Shown one piece after another: positions 47,180 through 57,328 of a DNA stretch of 64,000 nucleotides (positions are counted from its first letter, which is position 1; the number at the start of each line of letters is the position of its first letter). The stretch is taken from contig JBLWTJ010000002.1 of assembly GCA_048270185.1 (NCBI GenBank), positions 544,001 through 608,000 of the forward strand. The letters run 5' to 3'. A model generated the notes under the pieces. The model was not told the origin of the DNA and did not search any database. It saw only the letters and a list, made by a program, of their open reading frames with translations. Position numbers and translations under genes: made by a program. The DNA comes from Bacteriovoracaceae bacterium. GTDB taxonomy: Bacteria > Bdellovibrionota > Bacteriovoracia > Bacteriovoracales > Bacteriovoracaceae.

Positions 47180-49485
47180 TATCTCACCTCACCTTTTGCA
47201 CAAACAGGATTTGCAACACAAAATGAACAAACAGAAGTTGAACTTGGAAGGGCCGGCCAAGATACTGCCTCTTTCATCTCTTTTATTTTATCCTCTATAA
47301 ACTCACCAAATTCATCCATATCAACGGATTCAATCATTTTTGACTTTGAATGATATCCCGTAAAAAACTTATCTTCACCAATGATCATTGATTCGTTTAA
47401 GTCTTCCAAACAAATATATCCTCCACCTTTGAAAGTATGTTTTTGTCCCCAAGCTTTAAAATATGCCAAAAGCTGAATTTTCTTAAAGCTTGTGATATCC
47501 GATTTACTAGGAATAGCACCTTTTGATGTTTTAAAGTCGTAGATATAGAAATCATTACCCTGTTTGATGAGTAAATCGATAAAACCTTTAAACTTGTCAT
47601 TTTCTTTTGAAATATCTCTTTCAAAAATAAGTTGAGTATCAGGCATGGCCTTAACAACTAACAACTGTTTAATAATTCTTTTACAATACGACTCTACTGC
47701 AAGCTTTAAACTCTCCACATCTATTTTTTCAGGATGGAGAGAGTTATCTTTTACAAATTGATTGAAAGTTAGAGTAATAAGTTCTTTTAAGATTTTCTCG
47801 TTAAACTCATGATGATTCTCAAGATAGGCTTCAATTACGTTGTGATTGACTGTACCAATATAGCGACGATCAATGAAAGCAGATGATGAAACATCTAGGT
47901 CGACTCTTTGAGCATATTTTAGCTGCCACTTCTTAGGGCAATCCATATAGGTTTGGATATATGATGGGGAAAGCTTCTCCGGTACTTCTGTTTTATCTAA
48001 GTATTCTAATTGGAAATTCAATCGACTCTGTGATTCTAAGTGTTCATCGATCAAATGAATTTTCTCAAAAAGGGTCTCTGCAATTGTACTACCGTGAGTT
48101 AGACCTTCTTCAAGAATAAGCTTTCCACCGTCGACAATAAATTTTCTCAGCTGAATTCTTAAACTTACAATATCGAGATTCTTAGTCTGTAGTGGACCAA
48201 AGCCACTAAAGATCACAAGTACATCATTAGAGAAACGCTGTGAAGAAGTTAGTGATCCAAGATCATCCTTTGTAATAAAGAGATATGTATCTTCATTATG
48301 AGAACTAATTAGTAGATCATCTCGTGTGCCAATTGCTCCCTTATCAGAGTGAGCAATGTTGACAACGGATGTTCTTGGTAAGTTTAATCCTAGAACTTCT
48401 TTAATAAGCTTTAAATCTGAGTTATAGATCTGCTCGTTAATGGTCGCCTTATCACTGAAGTCTTTTAATTCTTTCTTAAGTGATAGAATAGTCTTTAACA
48501 TCATAAAGCCAGTATCATTTAAATAGAGACGAGAAAGATCATTTAAATATTCTTGCAACTTATCAACAGAGAGTACCCCTTGATTCAAGTTGAGCTGTTC
48601 TTGAACTTTATTAATAACTTGATCAATACAAGTAAAGAAGAGCGCGAAGTCAGTTTTAAATCTCTTATCTCGAATAAGAACAGAGTTTACCTGTGTTAAA
48701 TCCAGTCCACTTGAAAAAGTTAATAATTGCTTGTCATCAGTAATGAGGTCACTTAAGTATTCAGCACTTCGCCCCTGAGGGATTGATAAAAATCGACACT
48801 CAATAGTATTGACTTCCTCACTAAATTTTATCTTCTGTGTCTCAATCCAATTTGGCCAATAGACTTTATTATCACAAAGAGCAAAGACCTCTGCATTAAT
48901 AGGTACGAAGACTTCTGCCTTCTCCCCCATTCCTTTTAGCATATCGATTTGATTTGCGTTGAGATGGTCAAAACCAATAAAAATATATCCAATACCTTCT
49001 TCAGGTCTAAATTGTTCACCAACTAGTTGATATGATTTTTGTTCGTCAACGATATTGAAAGTATCGAGGTAGCGATGAAATTGCATCAGTCCTGCAATAC
49101 ACTCTTTTTCAAGAGTTTTTAATTCAGTTAACTCTTCAATTAGTTCACCTGTTAAATTAAATGAGCGCACTTCAGTAAATAACTCAAAACAGAAATGAAA
49201 CTTCTCGTAATCATCATTTACTGATGCTTTCCAAAAAGTCCAAAGATCAACCATGAGTTCAGATTTTGATAATTTCTTTTGTCCCTCTTCAAGAGTCAAA
49301 TGATCAGAAAGGAATTTTGCGACAGTTATGGCCTCCACTTTATTGGCCAGGCCTTTCTTAATTAAATAATTACGATACAAGTCAGAGCGTTGCGGTGAAG
49401 GACAAACAATCTTCCACCTAGCTATCTTATGGTTTTCTAATATGACTTCATCAAAATGTTCTTTATATAAGTGGAGATTTAGCAC
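47179..49485 (-). CDS. addB: AddB-like PD-(D/E)xK nuclease partner
   Basis: LSPS..YMDCP, GFIDL, YDFKT, QLLAY, CSFC..C; adjacent to addA. Confidence 0.75.
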   Translation of the reverse strand: MLNLHLYKEHFDEVILENHKIARWKIVCPSPQRSDLYRNYLIKKGLANKVEAITVAKFLSDHLTLEEGQKKLSKSELMVDLWTFWKASVNDDYEKFHFCFELFTEVRSFNLTGELIEELTELKTLEKECIAGLMQFHRYLDTFNIVDEQKSYQLVGEQFRPEEGIGYIFIGFDHLNANQIDMLKGMGEKAEVFVPINAEVFALCDNKVYWPNWIETQKIKFSEEVNTIECRFLSIPQGRSAEYLSDLITDDKQLLTFSSGLDLTQVNSVLIRDKRFKTDFALFFTCIDQVINKVQEQLNLNQGVLSVDKLQEYLNDLSRLYLNDTGFMMLKTILSLKKELKDFSDKATINEQIYNSDLKLIKEVLGLNLPRTSVVNIAHSDKGAIGTRDDLLISSHNEDTYLFITKDDLGSLTSSQRFSNDVLVIFSGFGPLQTKNLDIVSLRIQLRKFIVDGGKLILEEGLTHGSTIAETLFEKIHLIDEHLESQSRLNFQLEYLDKTEVPEKLSPSYIQTYMDCPKKWQLKYAQRVDLDVSSSAFIDRRYIGTVNHNVIEAYLENHHEFNEKILKELITLTFNQFVKDNSLHPEKIDVESLKLAVESYCKRIIKQLLVVKAMPDTQLIFERDISKENDKFKGFIDLLIKQGNDFYIYDFKTSKGAIPSKSDITSFKKIQLLAYFKAWGQKHTFKGGGYICLEDLNESMIIGEDKFFTGYHSKSKMIESVDMDEFGEFIEDKIKEMKEAVSWPALPSSTSVCSFCVANPVCAKGEVR

Positions 49486-49557
49486 TAAACATTACCCTTT
49501 TTAATGACACCTTATGCAAAAAAAGTTATACAAAGTGTCTACAAGGAGAATTTTACT

Positions 49558-50406
49558 GTGTTAAAAGAAAGTCGTCTATTCAACTTCATTAATAAAGATA
49601 AAACATTCGCCCTCTCATTCTTAGAAGGTCAAAAAGTAATTCATGATCTAGCGATAATTCACAGTGTCAACAATAAGGGATTTGGATTCTTTAGAGATTG
49701 CACACTTTCGATTCTTCCTCTTGTGAACTTCCTAAAGCCTCAAGAGAATATGGGGATTTTCATAGACTCACAAGAGCCTTATTTCCGTTACAAGATGGAA
49801 ATGAACTCCGCAGGATATTTTAGAACTCTTATTCTTCCAGAAGAATTCCCAGAAATTCCAAAAAAGATTTCAGGAAACCTAAGAACAGCTAAGCAATTTC
49901 CACACAGCAAGGTTCCATACTCAAGTATTATCGAGGTGAAGAATCGCTCGATTAAAGAGATTGTAAATGACTTCTTCGATAAGTCATATCAGATGAAGTC
50001 TCAAGTTATCCTAAGTTCAGAAAGTGACCAAGTAGTTCTTGTGACAAAGCTTCCAGAAGTTAATGTTGATAAAGAAGAAGTGATTGAGTCAAAGAGTCTT
50101 CCTGATTTCATAAGTGAAAACGAAGAAGCCTTTGATAAGATTTTCTCAGCAGCTCACAACGAAGAGGCCGATATTCAAAAAGCCTTTAAAGAGCTTGGCT
50201 ACGACTATCTGACTTCAACTGAAGTTTCATTCAAGTGTAACTGCTCAAGAGACCGCATGGTTATGGGTGTTGCCGGTGTAGTCAAATCAAGTGGATTCGA
50301 TGATATCTTTCATGACGAAGCTTCAATAGAAACAAAGTGTGACTACTGTAAGACAGCATACTTAATAACGAGAGATGAAATAAAAGGTATTTTAAACCCT
50401 CAATAA
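49558..50406 (+). CDS. hslO: Hsp33 redox chaperone (GTG start revised)
   Basis: FKCNCS...KCDYC zinc motif; AAGGAG SD upstream of GTG 49558. Confidence 0.8.
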   Translation: MLKESRLFNFINKDKTFALSFLEGQKVIHDLAIIHSVNNKGFGFFRDCTLSILPLVNFLKPQENMGIFIDSQEPYFRYKMEMNSAGYFRTLILPEEFPEIPKKISGNLRTAKQFPHSKVPYSSIIEVKNRSIKEIVNDFFDKSYQMKSQVILSSESDQVVLVTKLPEVNVDKEEVIESKSLPDFISENEEAFDKIFSAAHNEEADIQKAFKELGYDYLTSTEVSFKCNCSRDRMVMGVAGVVKSSGFDDIFHDEASIETKCDYCKTAYLITRDEIKGILNPQ

Positions 50407-50409
50407 ATT

Positions 50410-51402
50410 CTAAAAAGGAAAAGTCGTTTCTTCTGATCTCCAGAAGAAGCGGCGATTCAAATCAGATTCTAAATATACTCCACAAAAATTTTCAGACAAT
50501 GCACCATCGGCCCAAACAGGACTCATCAGTTGGCTTTTATTATTTGCAGCAACTGAAATTTTCTTCCATTTCTTATTGATTTTCATCCAATCAATTGCCT
50601 TTGGAGATGCCGAACTAACAACAATTAAGTAATCGTTATTTTGTTCTATTGTCTTTCTAACTTGCGTAAGAAATGAATTCAGATATGACATATATTCAGC
50701 AAATCCTTTTGTATCTTGTCTCTTTAGAATATCTAATAATTCATAATCGACAAAATTAATGAAGCGTCGATTTGATTCTGTTGAAGACTTGTAGATGTGC
50801 TCAAATAAATTCGTTGTATTTGAAAAGCATTTCTTACCACTACACGATTTATCATAGTACACATTTCCTAAATTATATTTAGTGTCCTTTTGAAAATGAA
50901 ATGTCTCAGCTCCACGTGGCACCTTTGCCGTATCTGAAACAAATAGTTTAGTATTTTGATAGAAATTAGCATTACACTTATTGATTTTAGCAAAATTAGG
51001 AACTGCCCCTCGGTAGAGTACCGAAGAAGTATAGCCAGTCTCAGATAGAACATCCCACATGCTCTTTCTTAAATACTTATCACAAGTTTGATTAGCCAAA
51101 CTATAACCATTCACTTGTGTTAGTAATTGATCCTCAACACTAGGGGTAATGGACATCATATTATACGACCACATCTTACCAAAGCAGGCATACCTTTCAA
51201 GCTCAGTCTGAGCAGTATAATTGAGGTTTTTAAAGTGTAGGTAACCTAAGTGCTCCTCACTTAAGCCAGGTATTTGGATAAAAATTAATGTCTGAGGATA
51301 GTTGTTAAATGAATGTTTCTTTAAGTTAATTGTATTAACTCTTGAACAAGAAAAAAAAATACCGAGAAGTATTACAAATATTAAGTTTTTTTTATCGTAC
51401 AT
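50410..51402 (-). CDS. hypothetical lipoprotein, possibly degenerate alkaline-phosphatase-like fold
   Basis: Lipobox FFSC; 'TLIFIQIPGL' and 'YLIVVSSAS' resemble AP-superfamily strands. Confidence 0.55.
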   Translation of the reverse strand: MYDKKNLIFVILLGIFFSCSRVNTINLKKHSFNNYPQTLIFIQIPGLSEEHLGYLHFKNLNYTAQTELERYACFGKMWSYNMMSITPSVEDQLLTQVNGYSLANQTCDKYLRKSMWDVLSETGYTSSVLYRGAVPNFAKINKCNANFYQNTKLFVSDTAKVPRGAETFHFQKDTKYNLGNVYYDKSCSGKKCFSNTTNLFEHIYKSSTESNRRFINFVDYELLDILKRQDTKGFAEYMSYLNSFLTQVRKTIEQNNDYLIVVSSASPKAIDWMKINKKWKKISVAANNKSQLMSPVWADGALSENFCGVYLESDLNRRFFWRSEETTFPF

Positions 51403-51507
51403 AATAATTTCCGACTCATTAAATAGGGATTCTTATGCTATATTATCATATATATAAGATTGAATTTAAAAATAATATTTACGTTTTAAAAAGAAGCGAG
51501 GGAAGAA

Positions 51508-53538
51508 ATGAATCAAACTCTTGATGCCGCTACGCGAGAAATATTTTGGAATATTCCATTCTCGTTCAAGGTTGTCATGTACATCCTATTTTTCACGGCC
51601 GTTTTCGTGATGTTTAAAGGGCTTTATCAAAAAGCTCAATTCATTACAGGCAAAAAAGGGATCGACGCAGTTAAAGGACTAAAGGATCTTTTCCCAGAGA
51701 AACTACAATGGGGAACATTCTTTAAGACAATGATGCTAACAGGTAAAGTACCACGTTTTAAAAATGTTGCGATCTTCCACGGACTAATCTTTTGGGGATT
51801 CGTCATCCTTTGGATTGCAACAGACCTAGTAGCAATTCACGCAGATACTCCATTTAAGATTTATAAAGGACCTGTTTATATTGTTATCTCTTTCTTAGCA
51901 GATATCGCAGGACTTATGGTTCTTACAGGTATCGGACTTGCTTACAAAAGAAGATATATTGATAAGCCTGATTATCTAAAAGCAACAAGACCAAAACAAG
52001 AGTTATTCATGTACATAATGCTCATCTGTCTCGTTGTTCTAGGTTACTTAATTGAGGGTGTAAGAATCATGGGAACAGGAATGCCAGTTGGAGAAGCAAC
52101 TTGGTCACCTGTTGGTTGGTTCCTAGCTACAATCTTTAATCAAATTCCACTTTCAGAACAAGTTTGGGGATACACATACCGTGGTATGTGGATGGTTCAC
52201 ATGGCCAATACAATGTTATTTGTAGCAGCTTGTGGGACAACTAAATTCTCACATATCTTTGTTCTTCCATTTGCAGCGCTTGTTACGCCAAAGAGACGTG
52301 GTGCTCTTCTTGATCCAATGGACTTTGAAGATGAAACTGCTGAAACATTTGGACTAGGTAAGCTTTCAGAGCTTTCAATTAAGAACAGACTTGATCTTCT
52401 TGCATGTGTTGAGTGTGGACGTTGTACTCAAGTTTGTCCTGCAAACCAAGCAGCAAGACCACTAGATCCAAAAATGATTATTACAAAAGCTCGTGACCTT
52501 GCTCTTGAAACAGCAGCAAAGGGTGAAGCAGATGCAGACCTTTGGGAAAATGGAATTTACTCTGCAATCGAACTTGATTCATGTACGACTTGTGGTGCTT
52601 GTATGGAAGAGTGTCCAGCTAATATTGAGCACGTTGATATCATCATGGGAGCTAAGAGATATAAGACTCTAACTCTTGGTGAAATTCCAGCAGACGCAGC
52701 AACAGCTGTTCAAAAAGTACAAATTAATGGAAACCCTTGGGGGATCTCACAAGACGATCGTTTCAAGTGGGCCGATGGACTTGATGTTCCAGTGATCGAA
52801 GCTGGTAAGAAAGTTGATTACTTATACTACGTTGGTTGTGCCGGTTCTTATGATGCTTCTAACCAAAAAGTTGTTCAAGATACTGTTAAGCTTCTTAAGA
52901 AAGCAGGTGTATCTTTTGCCGTTATGGGTAAAACAGAAAAATGTAACGGAGATCCAATCAGACGTATTGGTGATGAGTACTCTTTCTTTGAAATTGCCAT
53001 TGAAAATATTGCTAATATGAGACAGTACGACTTTGATAAAGTTGTAACTCACTGTCCACACTGTCTTCACACAATTGGTAAGGAATACGCTAAGTTTGAT
53101 GATGGTGACTTTACAACAGTTCACCACACTGAACTTCTTGCAGATCTTCTACGCACAGGAAAACTAAAACCTGAAAAGAAAGTTGAAGAGAACCTTACTT
53201 TCCACGATCCTTGCTACCTTGGACGTCACCACGGTGAATACAACGCGCCAAGACAAATTCTTGAAGCGGCCGGTGTTCAAGTGAAAGAAATGGATAAGAC
53301 AAAAGACACTGCTCTATGCTGCGGAATGGGTGGTGGTAATATGTGGTATGAAGTTGAAGAAGGAACTGATCCTGCAGTAAACAGACTTGCACATGTTGGT
53401 GAAAAGAAAGTTGATAAATTAGCTACGGCCTGCTCTTTCTGTATGATAAACTTTAAAGGTGGAATTAGCGAAAAGACAGGTACTGAAAACCTTGAGATTG
53501 AGGACGTTGCCTCAATCCTTGCAAAAACTATCGATTAA
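51508..53538 (+). CDS. membrane Fe-S oxidoreductase (FadF/HdrD-like: NarI-like TM, 2x4Fe-4S, CCG domains)
   Basis: CVECGRCTQVCP, CTTCGACMEECP, HDPCYLGRH, CCGMGGG, TACSFC. Confidence 0.9.
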   Translation: MNQTLDAATREIFWNIPFSFKVVMYILFFTAVFVMFKGLYQKAQFITGKKGIDAVKGLKDLFPEKLQWGTFFKTMMLTGKVPRFKNVAIFHGLIFWGFVILWIATDLVAIHADTPFKIYKGPVYIVISFLADIAGLMVLTGIGLAYKRRYIDKPDYLKATRPKQELFMYIMLICLVVLGYLIEGVRIMGTGMPVGEATWSPVGWFLATIFNQIPLSEQVWGYTYRGMWMVHMANTMLFVAACGTTKFSHIFVLPFAALVTPKRRGALLDPMDFEDETAETFGLGKLSELSIKNRLDLLACVECGRCTQVCPANQAARPLDPKMIITKARDLALETAAKGEADADLWENGIYSAIELDSCTTCGACMEECPANIEHVDIIMGAKRYKTLTLGEIPADAATAVQKVQINGNPWGISQDDRFKWADGLDVPVIEAGKKVDYLYYVGCAGSYDASNQKVVQDTVKLLKKAGVSFAVMGKTEKCNGDPIRRIGDEYSFFEIAIENIANMRQYDFDKVVTHCPHCLHTIGKEYAKFDDGDFTTVHHTELLADLLRTGKLKPEKKVEENLTFHDPCYLGRHHGEYNAPRQILEAAGVQVKEMDKTKDTALCCGMGGGNMWYEVEEGTDPAVNRLAHVGEKKVDKLATACSFCMINFKGGISEKTGTENLEIEDVASILAKTID

Positions 53539-55447
53539 ATTTTTAATACTAGGCTCAGTTCTAGCTGGGCCTAGCTTATATTCTTCTAAAATACTCGCTC
53601 AAAACACTCAAGAACAAGTAGATCAAAGCTTAATTGAATTATTTGAAAGTAAAGTTAATCTCTATAAGCAAGAAATTGAATCGAAAATCTTAAACCCGCC
53701 TGCAGAAATAAAAATCAAACAAGTTTTTAAAGAAGAAGAAAAGATTGAATTAACTTCAAGACAAATAAACTCAATCTTAATTTACTCACCTGATTATTTT
53801 ACTGAATTATTTAAGATAAACTCTTGTTCGATCTATACACTACTTAAAAATCGTTTAATCACAATTAACGGCGCACCTCTTCTAAATCTTGAAACGAAGA
53901 TAACCTCAAGTGAAGGCACATCAACGGCCCTTGTGCCAATCGATGCATTCTTGGCGCATTATTATAAATCAAATTGTAGGCTCTCTTTTAAGCAGTCGAG
54001 GCTTTTTGAAAAAGGGCTACTTACTGATACATTTAAAAAGCTAACGCCAAAGTTCCCAAGGACTCAAGACCAGTGTCTTGAGCAATATGATGCTTTTAAA
54101 ACCAATATTAACATTGATCACGTTTGTAGCGTTCCATTTACAATTGACCTTGCTAATAAGTACGAACCGTTATTAAAAGATAATAAGACTGATATCAGAA
54201 AAAGAAGTTATATCAATGCCCTAAGACGTCAGGCCCAGTCATACCAATCAGAGATTGCAGACAAAGACATCCTCTACTTTCAAAATTTCTGTGCCAACCT
54301 AAGTCGACAAGAAAAATTTTGTGGAAATTATGCTAAACAAGACTTTTGGTCATTGATTATCAACAAACAAAAGCCTGTCGATCATTTAAGTATTCGCTGC
54401 CAAAACATAATGAATAAAGAGAAACTAAATGATCTCGACTATCTTAAATGTATTGGCCTACTTAGAAAGTCACCTCAAACGTGTGAAGTAAATGGGCCTA
54501 AAACAGGAAGTGTCCTCTACCCGATGCCTGATTGTAATAAAATTTCAGAGACATTAAAGATCTCAAGACTTAAGAATAATTTCAATGACTGTCCTAAACA
54601 GATTGGAAACCTTGCAATTATCAATGGGGCAAGGGTCATCAAGCATTTTGTAAAAGAAGATATTAAAAGTAATGACTGCGTCTTTCCTTCATATGAAAAA
54701 ATTTATGGACTCTATCAAGAGTCGAAAGAAGAAGATAAGTGGCCTTTAAATATTTGCTATGAATCTTCAGATGGTAAGAAGTGCCTTCCATATATTCCAG
54801 GCAACTCAAAAGAAAATTACAATGCCCTTAATATGGTTGTTGCCAATATGCTCTTTCAAACAAAGGTTGTTAGTAGTCGTATTACATGTAATGAAGTTTC
54901 GAAGAAAGAGTTTAATCCTTTAAGATTAAAGTACAAAGCCGGCTGCTGGATCGTTCCAGAAGAGGTCTCTTGTCGTTCTCAAAGTTGTCGCTACGACATT
55001 ATGATGGATAATAAGGCCATCAAGAAGATTTGGAGTGAAGGAACACTATCATTTGATTATTTTAAAACTGAATACAATTCAGCTGATACCGCTATTCACA
55101 ACCGTATCGTTAACCTTATGCGATTAAAAGAACAAGAGATTAACTCTCTGACCTCACTTAAGTTCTTCTTAGATAATAAGAAGGAAGGAATTGTTCACGG
55201 GCTTGGCTGCGCTGAAGACATCTACCCTGCTCATTATCAACAATCAAGAATTGGTATTTGTACCCCAATGCCTTTTATTATTGATGGTTATAAAATTATT
55301 AATAATAATACTTACTTAAGCTTTAGAGGTGCTATTGATGATGTCAATTCACCAAGGCTTATGCTTTGGGCGAATGCCTTTACAGCACTATCACGCTATT
55401 CAATTCTTAGCCCTTTAAAAAACTGGGAGCTCTATGGGTTGTATTAA
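53459..55447 (+). CDS. Cys-rich exported hypothetical protein (start uncertain, perhaps TTG 53507)
   Basis: 662-aa ORF, hydrophobic N-segment, many spaced Cys. Confidence 0.7.
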   Translation: MELAKRQVLKTLRLRTLPQSLQKLSIKFLILGSVLAGPSLYSSKILAQNTQEQVDQSLIELFESKVNLYKQEIESKILNPPAEIKIKQVFKEEEKIELTSRQINSILIYSPDYFTELFKINSCSIYTLLKNRLITINGAPLLNLETKITSSEGTSTALVPIDAFLAHYYKSNCRLSFKQSRLFEKGLLTDTFKKLTPKFPRTQDQCLEQYDAFKTNINIDHVCSVPFTIDLANKYEPLLKDNKTDIRKRSYINALRRQAQSYQSEIADKDILYFQNFCANLSRQEKFCGNYAKQDFWSLIINKQKPVDHLSIRCQNIMNKEKLNDLDYLKCIGLLRKSPQTCEVNGPKTGSVLYPMPDCNKISETLKISRLKNNFNDCPKQIGNLAIINGARVIKHFVKEDIKSNDCVFPSYEKIYGLYQESKEEDKWPLNICYESSDGKKCLPYIPGNSKENYNALNMVVANMLFQTKVVSSRITCNEVSKKEFNPLRLKYKAGCWIVPEEVSCRSQSCRYDIMMDNKAIKKIWSEGTLSFDYFKTEYNSADTAIHNRIVNLMRLKEQEINSLTSLKFFLDNKKEGIVHGLGCAEDIYPAHYQQSRIGICTPMPFIIDGYKIINNNTYLSFRGAIDDVNSPRLMLWANAFTALSRYSILSPLKNWELYGLY

Positions 55448-56477
55448 AATATTGGCGATTTTACTTATTGCTTCAACAAGCTTTGCGCGAACAAAGCTCT
55501 TAGAATTATCAACAAGACAAAATGTCCATAACCTAAAGCTTGATGACTTGAATGGTGTTACCTTTTATTTAAAAGGTTCAAGTGCACTAGCCTACTCTGC
55601 CAAAAACAAGGCGACAGTTATTATTGATAAGAAACTTGATTCTGAATTTGATGTCGTAAAAATAAACGAAGAAAAATATCTCATTAGTGTGAAGAGTAAC
55701 CACTACAAGAACTTTTCGTTTATTCAAGATTCAGAGATTTACTTCTACAATATTAAAACAAGTAATTTAGAATTAGTTGGAAAAGGCTCTTATCCGAAGT
55801 TTCATCCAACGAGCTCTTATATTTCTTATACATTCGAAGATCGTGGCCTTCTATTTATTGAAGTCGTTAATACCAGAAACATACTCGATCGTTTTACAAT
55901 TCCACTCAAAACAAGAGATTTAACCCTACGAAGTGAAGTTGAAATTTTTGATGACAGTCTCATCTACTACACTGACAAAGACAAGAACTTCAATATTAGT
56001 ATAAGTGTCTACAATAATCGTTCAAAGAAGAATTACCTAATCAAGCAATACGATAAATCTAACATTACACTCAGTCTTTGCTCTAATAGTGAAAACCTCT
56101 ATATTCTTGAATCACTGCAAAGTGATAAGTCTTATTTAGATATTTCTTCCATGAAGAGAGGTGGCGTCGATTATGCAAATAAGACACCTCTTGTTTCAAA
56201 GCAAATTGGCCCAGCCTTTAATCTCGGAATTAGTGGAGATGAACTCTTCTTTATTATGACACTTAAGAGTGAGAGTTCTAACCTTATTAACCAAAGAGAA
56301 GTTGTCGCTTATAATATGAAAGAGAAGAAATTATTTAAGCGTAGTGATTTGAATTACGTTTCCTCATTTGTTTTTCATAATGATAAAATTCTTGTTCCCT
56401 ACAAGGACAAGATCTACGTTCTTAGAAATAAAGAGGGCAAGTTTTCAATTAATGAGGAAATAAAGACAAATTTATGA
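55434..56477 (+). CDS. exported beta-rich (propeller-like) hypothetical protein
   Basis: Signal ending SFA; 'GSYPKFHPTSSYISY' resembles a TolB/PD40 repeat. Confidence 0.65.
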   Translation: MGCIKILAILLIASTSFARTKLLELSTRQNVHNLKLDDLNGVTFYLKGSSALAYSAKNKATVIIDKKLDSEFDVVKINEEKYLISVKSNHYKNFSFIQDSEIYFYNIKTSNLELVGKGSYPKFHPTSSYISYTFEDRGLLFIEVVNTRNILDRFTIPLKTRDLTLRSEVEIFDDSLIYYTDKDKNFNISISVYNNRSKKNYLIKQYDKSNITLSLCSNSENLYILESLQSDKSYLDISSMKRGGVDYANKTPLVSKQIGPAFNLGISGDELFFIMTLKSESSNLINQREVVAYNMKEKKLFKRSDLNYVSSFVFHNDKILVPYKDKIYVLRNKEGKFSINEEIKTNL

Positions 56478-57229
56478 AATATCTAATTAGTATTCTCATA
56501 TTTTTAACTACTTTTGCATCTGAACCACAACGAGATGAATTGACCATTGCACCAAATGTTTCTCCTCTACTTAGAGAGCTTGTCGTTGAACTTTATTTAA
56601 ACTCTAAAATTAATCAAGAATATATTACTAATTTTGGGAAACAAGTCAGACCACCACTTGATAATGACTTCATTGAAATTACAATTCTAAATAATGTTTT
56701 AAAAATGAAGCTTACGAAACAATATGAGCATGTCGATATTTCACAATCACTTTTTAATGAACTTCAAAAGAATATTAATGAAATCAGTGACAAGATGCCT
56801 TTTTCAAAAGATATCGCACGTCGTGTTTTAAAAGATATTGGAGAGCTTCTTACAACGAGAACTCTTAGAGAATACAACACATACGTTAAAAATCGTGACG
56901 CTAAAGTTTCAGCTAAGCTTAAAGACTTTATGAATCGTATTACTTATCTTCAGTATTGGATTGATACTCTAAGAAAGCCACAGGCAATTCGAGAGATGAC
57001 ACTTCTTGAATCAAATCTTGAAATCTTAAACCAAGTTTATAAGAACTTAACTATATCGGCACGTACGGCAGATAAAAGCACAAAAATTTCTTATATCTCA
57101 ATCAAGGATGTGGACCTCATCAAGGCCCGCCAAGAAGTTGATAAATTATTCTTTAATTCAACACCTGAAAAGAATCCCGATTACGAGCCTCCAAAGGATC
57201 TTCCTAGGCCCGTCGACACTTGGGAATAG
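56474..57229 (+). CDS. exported hypothetical protein
   Basis: Signal ending TFA; Pro-rich C-terminus. Confidence 0.7.
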   Translation: MKYLISILIFLTTFASEPQRDELTIAPNVSPLLRELVVELYLNSKINQEYITNFGKQVRPPLDNDFIEITILNNVLKMKLTKQYEHVDISQSLFNELQKNINEISDKMPFSKDIARRVLKDIGELLTTRTLREYNTYVKNRDAKVSAKLKDFMNRITYLQYWIDTLRKPQAIREMTLLESNLEILNQVYKNLTISARTADKSTKISYISIKDVDLIKARQEVDKLFFNSTPEKNPDYEPPKDLPRPVDTWE

Positions 57230-57328
57230 GTAGAAATTTCAAATACTTACAAAGGTATTTTTCAAAGCAAAAACGTGTATCATGTGATATATAATTTCAG
57301 ATAGTTAAACCGAAAAAAGGAAGAATTT

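Noticed and set aside
47179..47960. Cas4-like nuclease suggesting a CRISPR or defence locus
   Set aside because: It is the C-terminal domain of the AddB-like subunit beside addA; no cas1 or array.
57230..57328. T-box leader upstream of valS
   Set aside because: Only ~100 nt, with no T-box motif or terminator.
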